Origin: Octopus sinensis
Lineage: Eukaryota
Assembly: GCF_006345805.1 (NCBI RefSeq)
Contig: NC_043001.1
Coordinates: 107,756,001 to 107,820,000 of the forward strand
Reading direction: 5' to 3'
DNA: 64,000 bases
Every line of letters starts with the position of its first letter. The first letter of the stretch is position 1. The notes under the pieces are model-generated. The model worked only from the letters and a program-made list of their open reading frames with translations. It was not told where the DNA came from and searched no databases. Positions 1-12,214 of the stretch are shown here, one piece after another. A program made the position numbers and the translations under genes.

Positions 1-174
1 ACTGGAGATGGTTTGTGTTGCCACCAGTTTTTATCATGGGTAGGTCCAGGTTTATTCAAATTACCCAGTGAATACGCTGTGCAGCTCTATCATGACAGTT
101 GAGATACTCTGTGGGCGCAAGAAGACTGCACATGGATACAACATGATCTATTTGTATTGCAATATTATATTATG

Positions 175-402
175 TCCATGTGTGTGTGTGTGTGTGTCAG
201 TGTTTATCCTCCAGCACCTCTAGACAAGCGGTGTTAGTGGATTTACCTCCTCTTTGAGACTTAGCGGTTCCGCAAAGGATACTGATAGATTATGTAGCGG
301 GCTTTGAAACAAATATGTTCTGGCATCGATTCAATCGACTAAAACGTTTTTACGGCGGTGCCCCAGCATGACCGCCGTTTAATGACTAAAACAAATAGAA
401 GA
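175..402 (+). mobile_element. SINE family S3, 3' half (microsatellite plus tail)
   Basis: (TG)n followed by the S3 tail motifs 'gacttagcggttccgcaaa', 'ggcggtgccccagcatgaccgc' and 'tgactaaaacaaa', matching the full copies at 15370 and 49998. Confidence 0.75.
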
Positions 403-675
403 CAAACAAGGATTTTCGGGTAAGGGTGAAACGTCTGCAGTAAAAGTCGTGGTACATTTTGGTAGGCGGCGACAAGAATGACGTAGACGTAGACCATGTA
501 AAATTGAGGAAACATCAGCGAACGTTAGAGAACCAAAGAAAATGTTCAAATTAAAATATTAGACTATAGGTCAGATAGAAATCAAACAGATTTCGATGTC
601 AAGATTGCCAGCAGAACTGTCAGAAGAATCGCGTTAAGATTGCGTACCTTATTTAAATAAGCTATAGTATGTGTT

Positions 676-980
676 GGAGGCATATGGCCTAGTGGTTAGT
701 GCAGCGGACTCGCGGTCGAGGGATCGCGGGTTCGAATCTCAGACCGGGCGATGTGTGTGTGCTTATGAGCGAAACACCTAAGATCCACGCGGCTCCGGCA
801 GAAGGTAATGGCGAACTTCTGCTGACTCTTTCGCCACAACTTTCTCTCACTCTTTCCTCCTGCATCTTGCAGCTCACCTGCGACGGACCGGCGTCCCATT
901 CAGGTGGGGAACCTATACGCCAAGGAAACCGGGAAACCGGCCCTTATGAGCCAGGCGTGGCTCGAGAAGGGAGAACAACA
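676..980 (+). mobile_element. tRNA-derived SINE with S1 head and an alternative 3' half
   Basis: A box 'tggcctagtgg' and B box 'ggttcgaatctc'; first ~190 bp match the S1 copies at 6941 and 21350, then it diverges ('ggaccggcgtcccattcagg...ggctcgagaagg'). Confidence 0.75.
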
Positions 981-1409
981 TACTATGTGCGATGTGTATA
1001 GTATCGATATTAAAAGAAGTATTCATTCTTTATAGTGTCATTTTATAACTTCTGGTAAAACAGGTAAATAGAGGGAGATTTTGAAAAACCAGTCAAATCG
1101 GCAAATCTGTATTGACACTATGAAATTTATTGAAATTTATTCGAGATGTGATAGCGTGTCGTGTGAAAGGAAGAACCAGCTTATATTTTATAAAATAATA
1201 AATCAGAAAAGCATTTTTATAACATAATGACATTTTCTTCCACCAGACATTTGCAGAGAATTAGAAGCTTACTTATTGTAGAGTTCAGAGGTTAACATAA
1301 TCGTATCGGAACTCGGGGAAAAAGCAACAAATCGATGAATTTTGGAATAATCTCTCACCTTCTTTCTCTTCCTTACTCTCCTCTCTCTCTCTTCCTCACT
1401 CTCCCTCTC

Positions 1410-1551
1410 TCTCCCATCGATCTCTGCATATATGCATATACATATATATACATAAGTACATATGTGTGTGTATTTATACTTATAAATACATTCATATATA
1501 TGCATACATTGATCATATATAAATATATATATATATATATAAATACATGAA

Positions 1552-1589
<38 letters not shown>

Positions 1590-1783
1590 TACAAATAGAC
1601 ATACGTGCACATACATATATATACACGTAAGTATTTATGCATATATATATATACTTAAATATATATACCTAATATATATATATATATAAATATATATACT
1701 TAAATACATACGTGTATATATATATATATATGTGCACGTATATCTATTTGTATGTATATATACATACATACACACACACACAC

Positions 1784-1816
<33 letters not shown>

Positions 1817-1830
1817 TATTCATGGGCACT
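1410..1830. repeat. compound (TA)n/(CA)n/(TATG)n microsatellite tract
   Basis: directly visible simple repeats; explains the YI/HT-rich ORFs. Confidence 0.95.
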
Positions 1831-2361
1831 CACAAACGAACACACATATATACTCACACACAAACACACGTATAAAAAATGACGAAAATAATAGCGATGT
1901 TACAGGAAATCTCGGTCGCGTATGAAGGAATTTTGTACAAGAGCGACATAGAAATAACATTCTTATAAATTTTCTTTCAATTCGGATCCGATTTTTACTT
2001 TTGTATGTTTTCTACTTGTCATCTACGTAACAACATCATGCAAGCTAGATAGAGTGTAGGTGTCGCTGAAACGAACACACAAACCAAGAAAATCTGAAAT
2101 CACCGTGCTGGTAAACATCTTTGAACTTAATGTGTATGTATTATATATGTGTATGTGTGAGAGAGAAAGAGAAAGAGAGAGAGAGAGAGAAACAGAGAGA
2201 GAGAGAGAGAAACAGAGAGATTAAAGAAAAATCTACGATGACAGAATGGGCTCAAAAGATTAATTGTTCAGGAACGAAATAGAATGACTCATTCTATTGT
2301 TAGTCAACATTATTGTTTACAGACACACACGCACACAAATATGTGTGTATGTGTGTGCGTG

Positions 2362-2392
<31 letters not shown>

Positions 2393-2485
2393 ATGTTGAT
2401 AGAAATGGTAAGACAACAAAAGAATGAAAGAGACCTCGATGTTATGTAAATAGAGGAATTTATCTGTGCATATATATATATATAT

Positions 2486-2522
<37 letters not shown>

Positions 2523-2563
2523 CACACACACACACATACACACACACACACACACACATACAA

Positions 2564-2605
<42 letters not shown>

Positions 2606-2608
2606 CCA

Positions 2609-2804
2609 TTGCATCGTGGAAGGTGTTTATAAGCCATTTACGAAACACACAAAAGCCGTTAGATTCACTTCAACATCTAAATTTAAATTTAATTTGTCAA
2701 AATGTTTTCATCGCTTTGAGACCGCGACCTGTTCACTGACAACATTCGTGCTGTTGTTTTTGCGTGTTTTTTTAAATGGCTTATAAACAGCTTCCACGCT
2801 GCAA
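2609..2804 (-). mobile_element. short (TA)n-flanked element with ~32-bp inverted ends and an internal hammerhead-like motif (probably Penelope pLTR-derived)
   Basis: 2609-2640 and 2773-2804 are imperfect inverted repeats; homologous to 63190-63335; abuts (TA)n. Confidence 0.6.
2694..2742 (-). ncRNA. putative minimal type I hammerhead ribozyme, G3-C8 core variant
   Basis: minus strand: TTGTCA-GTGAACA-G-GTCGC(ggtctcaaa)GCGAT-GAAAA-CA-TT-T-TGACAA; 6-bp stem I, 5-bp stem II, minimal stem III. Confidence 0.5.
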
Positions 2805-4429
2805 TTATTTTCGTTCCATCACACGATCTCAGATCAGGTCACTTGCTATGCAAGTACATCTCCGTAATATCCAAATGTGTCAGTTGTCTTCCTTTATTTT
2901 ATTTCCTGGACATACCGTTTAATATCGTTTCTCTTTCCGCATATATCTATCTCTAGTTAGCGTTTAGATGCTCCATACCTTTAGCCTGTTAAAACAGACT
3001 TATACCTAATGAGTCCGTCTTTTTAGAAATCTCGAGCACTACATTACGTAAGGTGCTCTTTGTTCTTTAAAGAAGCAAGTTTCTTTGTAAAGATTGATTT
3101 TATTAATATTTCCTGTAACACTGGCAACTACATGAATTCTCCTTACTTCTATTCTGACCTCTTCCTCAGAATGATAAAACCCAAGCTCTATACTTTTAAA
3201 CCAAGAAGGGCCCAAACACGGTTGTTGGATAAAGTAATGAAATACTCTAAACAATCTTATTGATGCCATAATAAGCAGTATAGACTTCAGCCTATTTCCC
3301 GATATAGAGATGTTTGAAACACTACACAATATTGTACATTTTGTCATGTAGGAAAATAGAATTGTTTGGAGATCAAATAAATCAGCCAGCTTTATAACCG
3401 CGTCTCCACTACAGAAGAGAACACGTCCTACCTTTATTTCTTATTTGGTGCGTAACATCAACGGGATATAGCGTGGACTCGAAGAGAACAGTAGCTTTTT
3501 TGAAATATATTGCACCACCAATATCCGGTATTTTACACCGGCGAATGAAATGACATAAAATAAATACCTATCCGGCTACTCTAACTATCCAATATAGTTG
3601 TAATTTCCTAGCCTGTTCATACAATACACTTAGGATACTGATGTATGACCGAGCGAATGTGTAGAGAAAATAAAGCTATAGAGGAAAAGAATGAAGAAGG
3701 CGGTGGGAGAGAAATAGATATAGAGACGAGATGGAAACAGAGTGAGAGAAATAGCGAAAGGAGAGAGATAAAGAAACATATGTGTTTGTATACGTTCATA
3801 TATGTCAATGCGCTTATATATTAAAAGCCAACGATCTTCACGTATTTGCTGACAATTCTAATGTAAAATATTACTAAAGCGAATTGAAACAAACCTCATT
3901 TCACGTTAGTAACTTGTATTTGAATGTAAAATTACCGAAGCTATGATATGTATCTTAGAGACGATGCTTGTTTAGCCTGCAAATCTGTTATGACCGATCC
4001 GATTTATGTTCAAAGGTGTTCAAGCTAAGATCATCCTGCCTTTTATTGTTCGAGTTTTATGGATCTAACTGTACATTATAAAATATATCCTTCTTTTTAT
4101 GTTGACTACGTTCAGGGAGATTTAGCTGCTAAATAGCAAGTAAGTGTTGTATGGTTTGTTTGCAGACAACTTGTAATTGTTGTTTTTATTGGTCGACGTG
4201 ATTGTGATGTCAGCGTTGGTGGTTACATTTAATCCGCAGACCTATAATCTAAATAGTTCTTATAAATTTATAGTACTTTTCCAAGTAAAATGTACAACGC
4301 AACGCATTTCGGAACGTGTCCTTCGCTTTACAAAATAGAATTATTCGAAAGCTGTTTGGTGGAATGTCCAGCAGTTTCAATAACCGTTTCAAGCCTGCCG
4401 TTAGATTTCCATGGATATGTTGCAATTTA

Positions 4430-4878
4430 GCTTCACTTCACACATCCTTTGACTGACCTGTAATCAAAAACAATCAGATGACTACCTTGGCGTGTTTCTT
4501 GGCTGGTTCCCATGTCAGGCCGTTGGTTCTGAGCTCGTCCAAAATGTTCCGCTTCCATGTCTGATTCGGGCGTCCTCGCTTTCTTTTCCCCTGCAGGTTC
4601 CAGTCAAATTCTTGTTGTGTCACATTTGAGTGTTCTTTCTGCAGTGTGTATCCGATCCCTCTCCATTTCCTTTGTCTAATATGAACATGTATAGGCTCTT
4701 GGTTGACCCTTTCTCACAAGTCGGTGCTTGGTACTCTGTCGAACCACTTCAGATGGAGGATCTGCCGGAGACATTTGTTATGAATGTCTGGATCTTCTTG
4801 TAGTTGCCACAGATGGCTCTCCATGTTTCAGAGCCATACAAAATCACAGATTTTACGTTTGAACTAAACTTTCCATAA
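4430..4878 (-). mobile_element. RTE-clade LINE, decayed 3' ORF fragment
   Basis: minus translation gives 'FSSNVKSVILYGSETW', 'IRQRKWRGIGYTL' and 'WNLQGKRKRGRPNQTWKRNI', typical of the RTE RT C-terminus. Confidence 0.85.
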
Positions 4879-5158
4879 GCCACACACACGTATTAAGTTT
4901 CATTAATATCTGTTGGATAGTCTCGGAGGAGTTAAAGTAACAAATTCACAAACACACATATACAGCCACAAACAGACAGAAATTACCATTTATGTATATA
5001 GATATGGTTAAATGTCTTCATTTGTTCCATATTTTATTGTGATACATATTGGTAAGAACATAGGAGTTCAATATATACTCGGTTATTGAGTCTTAAACTC
5101 CCTAATAATGAATAGAGCATAATTGACGTTAAATATATGTATATGTATGTGTCTATAT

Positions 5159-5205
<47 letters not shown>

Positions 5206-5466
5206 TATATTATATATATATATATATATATAAATAAATATATATATATATAGCAACATGAACAACAAGGATAACCAGAGGTAATAGAGTACGATCGTTT
5301 CATGCAACTCCATTTACTTGAACAATGCAATCATTACATCAATTTAAAATGTAGAACAATCTTCAGCTACACAAATACATAGAATGTAATAAATGAGAAC
5401 AGATGGACACCTTAGTATAATTATACCTAAAATCTCCAAGAAGATAAGGAGAGAGAGAAAGAACAT

Positions 5467-5508
<42 letters not shown>

Positions 5509-5518
5509 TCTCTCTCTC

Positions 5519-5549
<31 letters not shown>

Positions 5550-5786
5550 TTGGAATTTTTTTTATCCGTTTTATAAATGCAGAAGAATATATGTATATAA
5601 TTGATTTTGAGTGTGGTCATTAATTATGTTCCTCTAGTTTCCGCTTGCATTGCCTCCATTCAGATTATTAAGCGGTATATAGCTCACTTGGAGCACTACA
5701 ACTCCAGTCTGTAATTTACTTGCGAATTTTGTAAACATTAGCAATCTCAAAAGGAAGCAGTGTATATCATATATATATATATATAT

Positions 5787-5857
5787 AAATTTTTGCTATA
5801 TATATTTTGCTATATATATATATATATATATATAAATTTTTGCTATATATATTTTGC

Positions 5858-5889
<32 letters not shown>

Positions 5890-6250
5890 TTTGCTATATA
5901 TATATATATATATATAAATTTTTGCTATATATATTTTGCTATATATATATATATATATAAATTTTTGCTATATATTTTGCTATATATATATATATTATAT
6001 AAAATTTTTGCTATATATTTTGCTATATATATATATTATATATATAAATTTTTGCTATATATATTTTGCTATATAATAATATATATATATAAATTTTTGC
6101 TATATATATTTTGCTATATATATATATATATATATAAATTTTTGCTATATATATTTTGCTATATATATATATATATATATAATTTTTGCTATATATATTT
6201 TGCTATATATATATATATATATATATAAATTTTTGCTATATATATTTTGC

Positions 6251-6282
<32 letters not shown>

Positions 6283-6606
6283 TTTGCTATATATATATAT
6301 ATATATATATATAAATTTTTGCTATATATATTTTGCTATATATATATTATATATAAATTTTTGCTATATATATTTTGCTATATATATATATATATATATA
6401 TAAATTTTTGCTATATATATTTTGCTATATATATATATATATATAAATTTTTGCTATATATATTTTGCTATATATATATATATATATATATAAATTTTTG
6501 CTATATATATTTTGCTATATATATATATATATATATATAAATTTTTGCTATATATATTTTGCTATATATATATATATATATATAAATTTTTGCTATATAT
6601 ATTTTG

Positions 6607-6660
<54 letters not shown>
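5787..6660. repeat. minisatellite, about 19 units of aaatttttgctatatatattttgc(TA)n
   Basis: unit visible repeatedly with a variable TA spacer; followed by an inverted copy 'tatagcaaaaattt' at 6664-6677. Confidence 0.95.
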
Positions 6661-6662
<2 letters not shown>

Positions 6663-6870
6663 ATATAGCAAAAATTTAGATTCAAATGAATAAAATACTT
6701 AATTTAGATGCTTCAGAATTTTGTATCATGTTATCCATAGAAATCCGTGGGGTGATTATAATCAAAATAAGCAACAAGAATGACTCCGGTAATTTGGTAC
6801 GATCGTTTCGTACAACTCATTTTATTAAATGTTGTAAGTATTACAACAGATTTAAAATGCTGAGTACTCA
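6661..6870 (+). repeat. dispersed (TA)n-adjacent repeat family
   Basis: 6661-6750 resembles 9825-9910; 6760-6865 recurs inverted at 7555-7660 and diverged at 5250-5360 (shared 'acgatcgtttc' core). Confidence 0.65.
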
Positions 6871-6940
6871 TCAGCCAATTATAGAGGTTTTCCATTAATA
6901 CAAAAAATTTCATATCAAGTGGCAACATTATAGAGAAGGT

Positions 6941-7330
6941 GTGTGGAGGCGCAATGGCCCAGTGATTAGGGCAGCGGACTCGCGGTCGTAGGATCGCGGT
7001 TTCGATTCCCAGACCGGGCGTTGTGAGTGTTTATTGAGCGAAAACACCTAAAGCTCCACGAAACTCCGGCAGGGATGGTGGTGATCCCTGCTGTATTCTT
7101 TCACCACAACTTTCTCTCACTCTCACTCTTACTTCCTGTTTCTGTTGTACCTGTATTTCAAAGGACCGGCCTTGTCACTCTCTGTGTCACGCTGAATATC
7201 CCCGAGAACTACGTTAAGGGTACACGTGTCTGTGGAGTGCTCAGCCACTTACACGTTAATTTCACGAGCAGGCTGTTCCGTTGATCGGGTCAACCGGAAC
7301 CCTCGTCGTCATAACCGACGGAGTGCTTCC
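6941..7330 (+). mobile_element. SINE family S1, full length
   Basis: tRNA-like head 'ggaggcgcaatggcccagtg...ggtttcgattccc'; TSD ATAGAGAAGGT at 6930-6940 and 7331-7341. Confidence 0.92.
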
Positions 7331-8729
7331 ATAGAGAAGGTAGATATATAGACAAAGATGCGGATTTAAATTTTAAGAACATTTGAGGTAGTGGGGCCCC
7401 TCAACTGACTGACTAAAATTTGGTTGATCCAGACTACTGTAATGTTGTGAGAGAGAAGAATAAGTTGAAGGAGACAATAAAGATATTCTAATTATAGAAA
7501 TGGGGTAAAGGGGGTTTCAGAGTTCCATATAAGGAATTTATGTGGAAGGCTGCCTTCCACTCGGCATTTTAAATATGTTGTAATACTTACAACATTTAAT
7601 AAAATGAGTAGTACGAAACGATCGTAACAAATTACCGGAGTCATTCTTGCTGCTTATTTTGAGTATATAAATATATATATATATATACACATATATATAT
7701 ATATATATTATAGATATGTATAAAAACACTTCTTTCATGCACGTAACAGATATATATACATAAATATGTACAGTATTTAGGAATGGTTGTTTTCCCGATA
7801 TAAGTAAAATTTATGTTTATCATTCATATCCGTTAATATCTGGGGATTATCCGGTGACTGCTACTACTAATTAACAAAGGATTTAAATGTCTAAATCAGT
7901 TGTTAGTAAAATTTACGTGTTTTGTATTGTTTCAGTGTCTGTCAGACATTATAGTCGATCAGAGATTATCGGAAAACATTACCTATCAAATTTAGTAAAA
8001 ACAGCTGCCTGATAGTCTTCAATTGGAATAAGGAAATTTGGTGTTATTATTTCCTGGTAGTTCATAGTAGAATCCTGATATATCGTCGATTTACAACTTC
8101 CTAATGGAATTGTCTCGATTTCCATCGCCATTATCTTTGACTTTTGATATCCGATTCAACTTCCTAAAATTTAACCTTAACAAGCGTCTTACGCCGGAAC
8201 GAGAAAACACAATTGAATTGTCGATGAAAGTGAAAGAATAATAAACAAGAATAACACGATTATGTTTCAATAAAGCTGGAGAGGAAGAAAGATGAGCATT
8301 ATTGATCGATTGGAAATATAATAGAGTTTTTGTCAATGAAACAAAACGATTAGTTATTAACAGAGGGACGTTAAGATTTTAAACGGCGAGTAACAGGGGA
8401 GTGTTATATGGACATGAAAATGTCGTTGTGGAGTACATTAATTGAAAGATGTTTTTCACATTTTCTATCATCTCAGCGTAATGCATCATCTCTGACAAGA
8501 TAAATTTGATCGGGAAAAGAAATGTAAATTTAAGAAAACCAAGATAGATTATATCAAGCAAACGTTATCCATGCTATAAATAGTATAAGCTGAGTGATTA
8601 ACTGAAAACAGAAGGAAAAATTCGAGTATATACGATTATATATTGTAGTAGGGAATTTATATCTGCCAGTTGAGTGGCTATATCATCAACTAGAGACATT
8701 ACGAAGTATTATTTCTAAATTAAAATAAT

Positions 8730-9136
8730 TATATTTCTCTACTACCCACAAGGGGCTATAAACATAGAGGGGACAAACAACAAGGACAGATAAAGGGATT
8801 AAGTCGATTACATCGACCCCAGTGTGAAACTGGTACTTAATTTATCGACCCCGAAAGGATGAAAGGCAAAGTCGACCTCGGCGTAATTTGAACTCAGAAC
8901 GTAACGGCAGACGAAATACCTATTTCTTTACTGCCTACAAGGGGCTAAACAAAGAAAGGACAAACGGATTAAGTCGATTATATCGACCCCAGTGCGTAAC
9001 TGGTATTTATTTAATCGACCCCGAAATGAAGAAAGGCAAATCGACCTCGGCGGAATTTGAACTTAGAACGTAGCCGCGGACGAAATACCACAAAGCATTT
9101 CGCCCGGAGTGCTAACGTTTCTGCCGGCTCGCCGCC
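8730..9136 (-). mobile_element. SINE family S2, dimer
   Basis: two units joined at 'gacgaaatacctatttcttta' (8910-8930); TSD tttctaa(a/g)ttaaaataat at 8712-8729 and 9137-9154. Confidence 0.9.
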
Positions 9137-9787
9137 TTTCTAAGTTAAAATAATATTAGTTTACAGCCCGCTTATATATATTAAAAGAAAGGCATTTTAA
9201 ATAGAATACAATCAAAATGTTATGCAATTCTAAGAAAGGAATAACAGAATTGGAACTGACGAGTCACTTCTGGCTTGTTTCAAGGTGAACTTGTAATTTC
9301 GAATTGTGTTTTTTTCTAAGGGTCTCATTTTGAATAACTTACACGCTCTTAGTTCTCAACGAGAGGGCTGCACGCGAAATGATAGATATAAACACATGTA
9401 GACATGCGCGGGCGCACACAGCCAAAGAATGTCGCCTGAAATCTGAGAACATATTATTTAGTTGTGTTTAGAAACCTTGATACCAACACAAATGCGTGTG
9501 CCTGCGTTTGTATGTGTTTATGCATGTGCTAGCTTGAAGAAATAAAATTCCTCTGTACACCTATTTTAAGTGCGTGCGGTTCTCCGCCCATATTTCTAAA
9601 GCCACTTAGCTTCTATGCATGCCTTTCACGCACCTGTTAACCTTGTTTGTGTTCTCTTAATACTATCATATTGAAACACACTCAGATATTTACCAATTTC
9701 ATGCTCCAAGAAATACCGACATGCATATACATGCATACAATCATACGTACTTACATATGAACACATGCACACATAGGCACATGTATA

Positions 9788-9825
<38 letters not shown>

Positions 9826-10048
9826 TTCAGTAAAATTTAGATTCAGTTGAATACGGTACTTAAGTTAAAGGCAACAGAATTTAGTATGGTATTATCCATA
9901 TAATTCAAAATGGGATATATATATATATATAAATGCATAAATGTATATATGTGTGTATGTATGTATGTGTTTGTGTATATATATGTATACCGTATATACA
10001 TACATAAATGCGTGTGTATATACATACACATATACAAACACAAATGAG

Positions 10049-10084
<36 letters not shown>

Positions 10085-10818
10085 TCATATATATGCATGT
10101 GTATTTGTATCTGGTTGTATATCTATGGGAGAGGTACTTGCGTATAATCTTCTATTTGTAGTCATTCGCATTGACGCCATAATTCTTTGATAATTTTCGA
10201 AAACTCGTAACCAAATTCAACTGTAGTAATATCAATGTAATGGACACCATATCTACTCAACGGACAAGCGAGTAATGAAACAGTTTCTTGATTAATAAAG
10301 GTTCACGCAAACGCCAGTTCGCCTATATTTAGTACCCTTTGAACTTTTGTAATATTTTGAATATATTTGCATAAATAATAAACGTTTTTTGGCATGGTAT
10401 TCTAAAGAAGGAAACTATATCAAACCCAAAGAACAAAATGTCTAAATATAAGGAACCCATTCGCATTTATTTGATAACGTTAATGTTTAATCGATGGAAA
10501 ATATTTTCATGAGACTTTGTGTAGTTGGTGACTTGTACAATTTAGTAGCGAATATGGAAGTGTACGCTACGTATCCATACTTCAAGGAAGAAGCTACATT
10601 GTAAATCATTTGGTCCATTGATTAGGAAATAAGACTATTTTTTCAATATTGGTTCGTGGGAAGAAATTGTGTTCAAAATATTGATTTGTTTTCAATGTTT
10701 TGCTGTAGAAGGGAAAGTTTATAAATTCTCCCATTAGAGATTTTCTCAATTTTTATCCCATTAGCAACGGCAATTGCAACAAAATCTGAAAAATAATCAC
10801 GGTGTCAAAACAACAACG

Positions 10819-10819
<1 letters not shown>

Positions 10820-10916
<97 letters not shown>

Positions 10917-10944
10917 AACAATAATAATAATAATAATAATAATA

Positions 10945-11013
<69 letters not shown>
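10820..11013. repeat. (AAT)n/(AAC)n trinucleotide tract at the 3' end of an S2 SINE
   Basis: simple repeat directly abutting the S2 tail 'attcttttcta'. Confidence 0.95.
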
Positions 11014-11015
<2 letters not shown>

Positions 11016-11222
11016 TTCTTTTCTACAAAAAGCGTGAGCCCTGAAACATTGGGAAGGGGCTAGACGATTACATCGACCCCAGTACGTAACTGGTGCTTAT
11101 TCAATCGACCCCGAAAGGATGGAAGGCAAAGACGATCTCGGTGGAATTTGAACGCAGATCGTAAAGACGGACGAAATACTGTTAAGCATTTTTCCCGGCG
11201 TGCTAACGATTCTGCCATCGAT
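11014..11222 (-). mobile_element. SINE family S2 with the alternative (U) tail
   Basis: body 'atcgaccccgaaaggatggaaggcaaag' and head 'cccggcgtgctaacgattctgcca'. Confidence 0.85.
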
Positions 11223-11659
11223 CGCAGGTGAGAAGACTATCGATAAAGCGTGGGAACGTGCATTTGTACGCGCAAGTACATCAGCTGTTGTGATCGATAC
11301 TACGCGTACGTGAGAAAAATTCAAAGACACGTTTCTTTCCTGCCAAGCTTACTGTTTAAACCATGTTTTTGCTCTCCCAGTTAACAGCCTTATCATTACT
11401 GGTACTTTGAACTCTTCGGTTGCATATTTGTGTGAATAAAATCGTTTTTCTTTGGAATAGAAAAAAGTCTATCTTTATTTTTTCTTTTGCTGGTGTCTCA
11501 AATTTTGGTTAAATCAGTGTTTCTCAAAGGGGAGGCCTATGGGACGGTCGGACAAGTTGTTTTGAGAAAATTTGGTTTAAATGTTTGACAACTCAGCAAC
11601 GTTTTGCTCGTGTATATATATATATATATATATATATACATGTGATCTCTTGAGCACCA

Positions 11660-11842
11660 CCAGCAAAAATATTTTTTCCTCTGTCTTCCCTTCTTGGGAT
11701 CTTTCCTTCTTCTTGTTTCCGACGAAGAGCTCCGCTCGAAACGTTAAACCCTACTTCCCTTCTTTCCTGAGCGTCAAATAATACTTTAATTGTTCCACGT
11801 CCTCGCATTGCTGTGTTTTTTTCTGTGTTTTCTTGTTTGGAT

Positions 11843-11847
<5 letters not shown>
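11660..11847 (+). mobile_element. Penelope pLTR-like short element (family P1) ending at (TA)n
   Basis: closely similar to 62975-63165; contains a hammerhead-like motif. Confidence 0.65.
11715..11749 (+). ncRNA. putative minimal hammerhead-like motif (U4C variant, palindromic stem III)
   Basis: GTTT-CCGACGA-A-GAGC(tcc)GCTC-GAAAC-GTT-AAAC; identical motif at 63029-63063. Confidence 0.5.
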
Positions 11848-11892
<45 letters not shown>

Positions 11893-11895
<3 letters not shown>

Positions 11896-12023
11896 CTAGT
11901 ACATCCCAATGCTACACATGTATATATCTGAACATTTGTAGAGATGAGCCACATTTGGAATAAAAAATGCAGATTCTCCACTTTACCTTCAAACATTCAA
12001 TTTTGAGGAGAATCCCTTGATGA

Positions 12024-12026
<3 letters not shown>
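11893..12026 (-). mobile_element. second copy of a Penelope-like 3' end
   Basis: minus translation 'FIKGFSSKLNV*' parallels 'FIKQFSPK*NV*' ending the GIY-YIG fragment near 12215. Confidence 0.55.
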
Positions 12027-12083
<57 letters not shown>

Positions 12084-12214
12084 GGAACATGTCCACATTT
12101 ATACTGTGTAACTTCGATCACGCCTCTTTCAATTTCATCTTTTTACATTAGAGAACATTCGTATAACACTTGCAAACTGTACTGTCTCCGCTTTTCTTTC
12201 AAACATTCTATTTT

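Noticed and set aside
445-545. 'YILVGGDKND' resembling a GTPase G4 motif
   Set aside because: Does not match NKxD, has a stop immediately upstream, and no other G motifs are present.
676-760. tRNA-like sequences at SINE heads (also 6945, 21352, 47255)
   Set aside because: They have A and B boxes but no complete cloverleaf, and continue into SINE bodies with TSDs.
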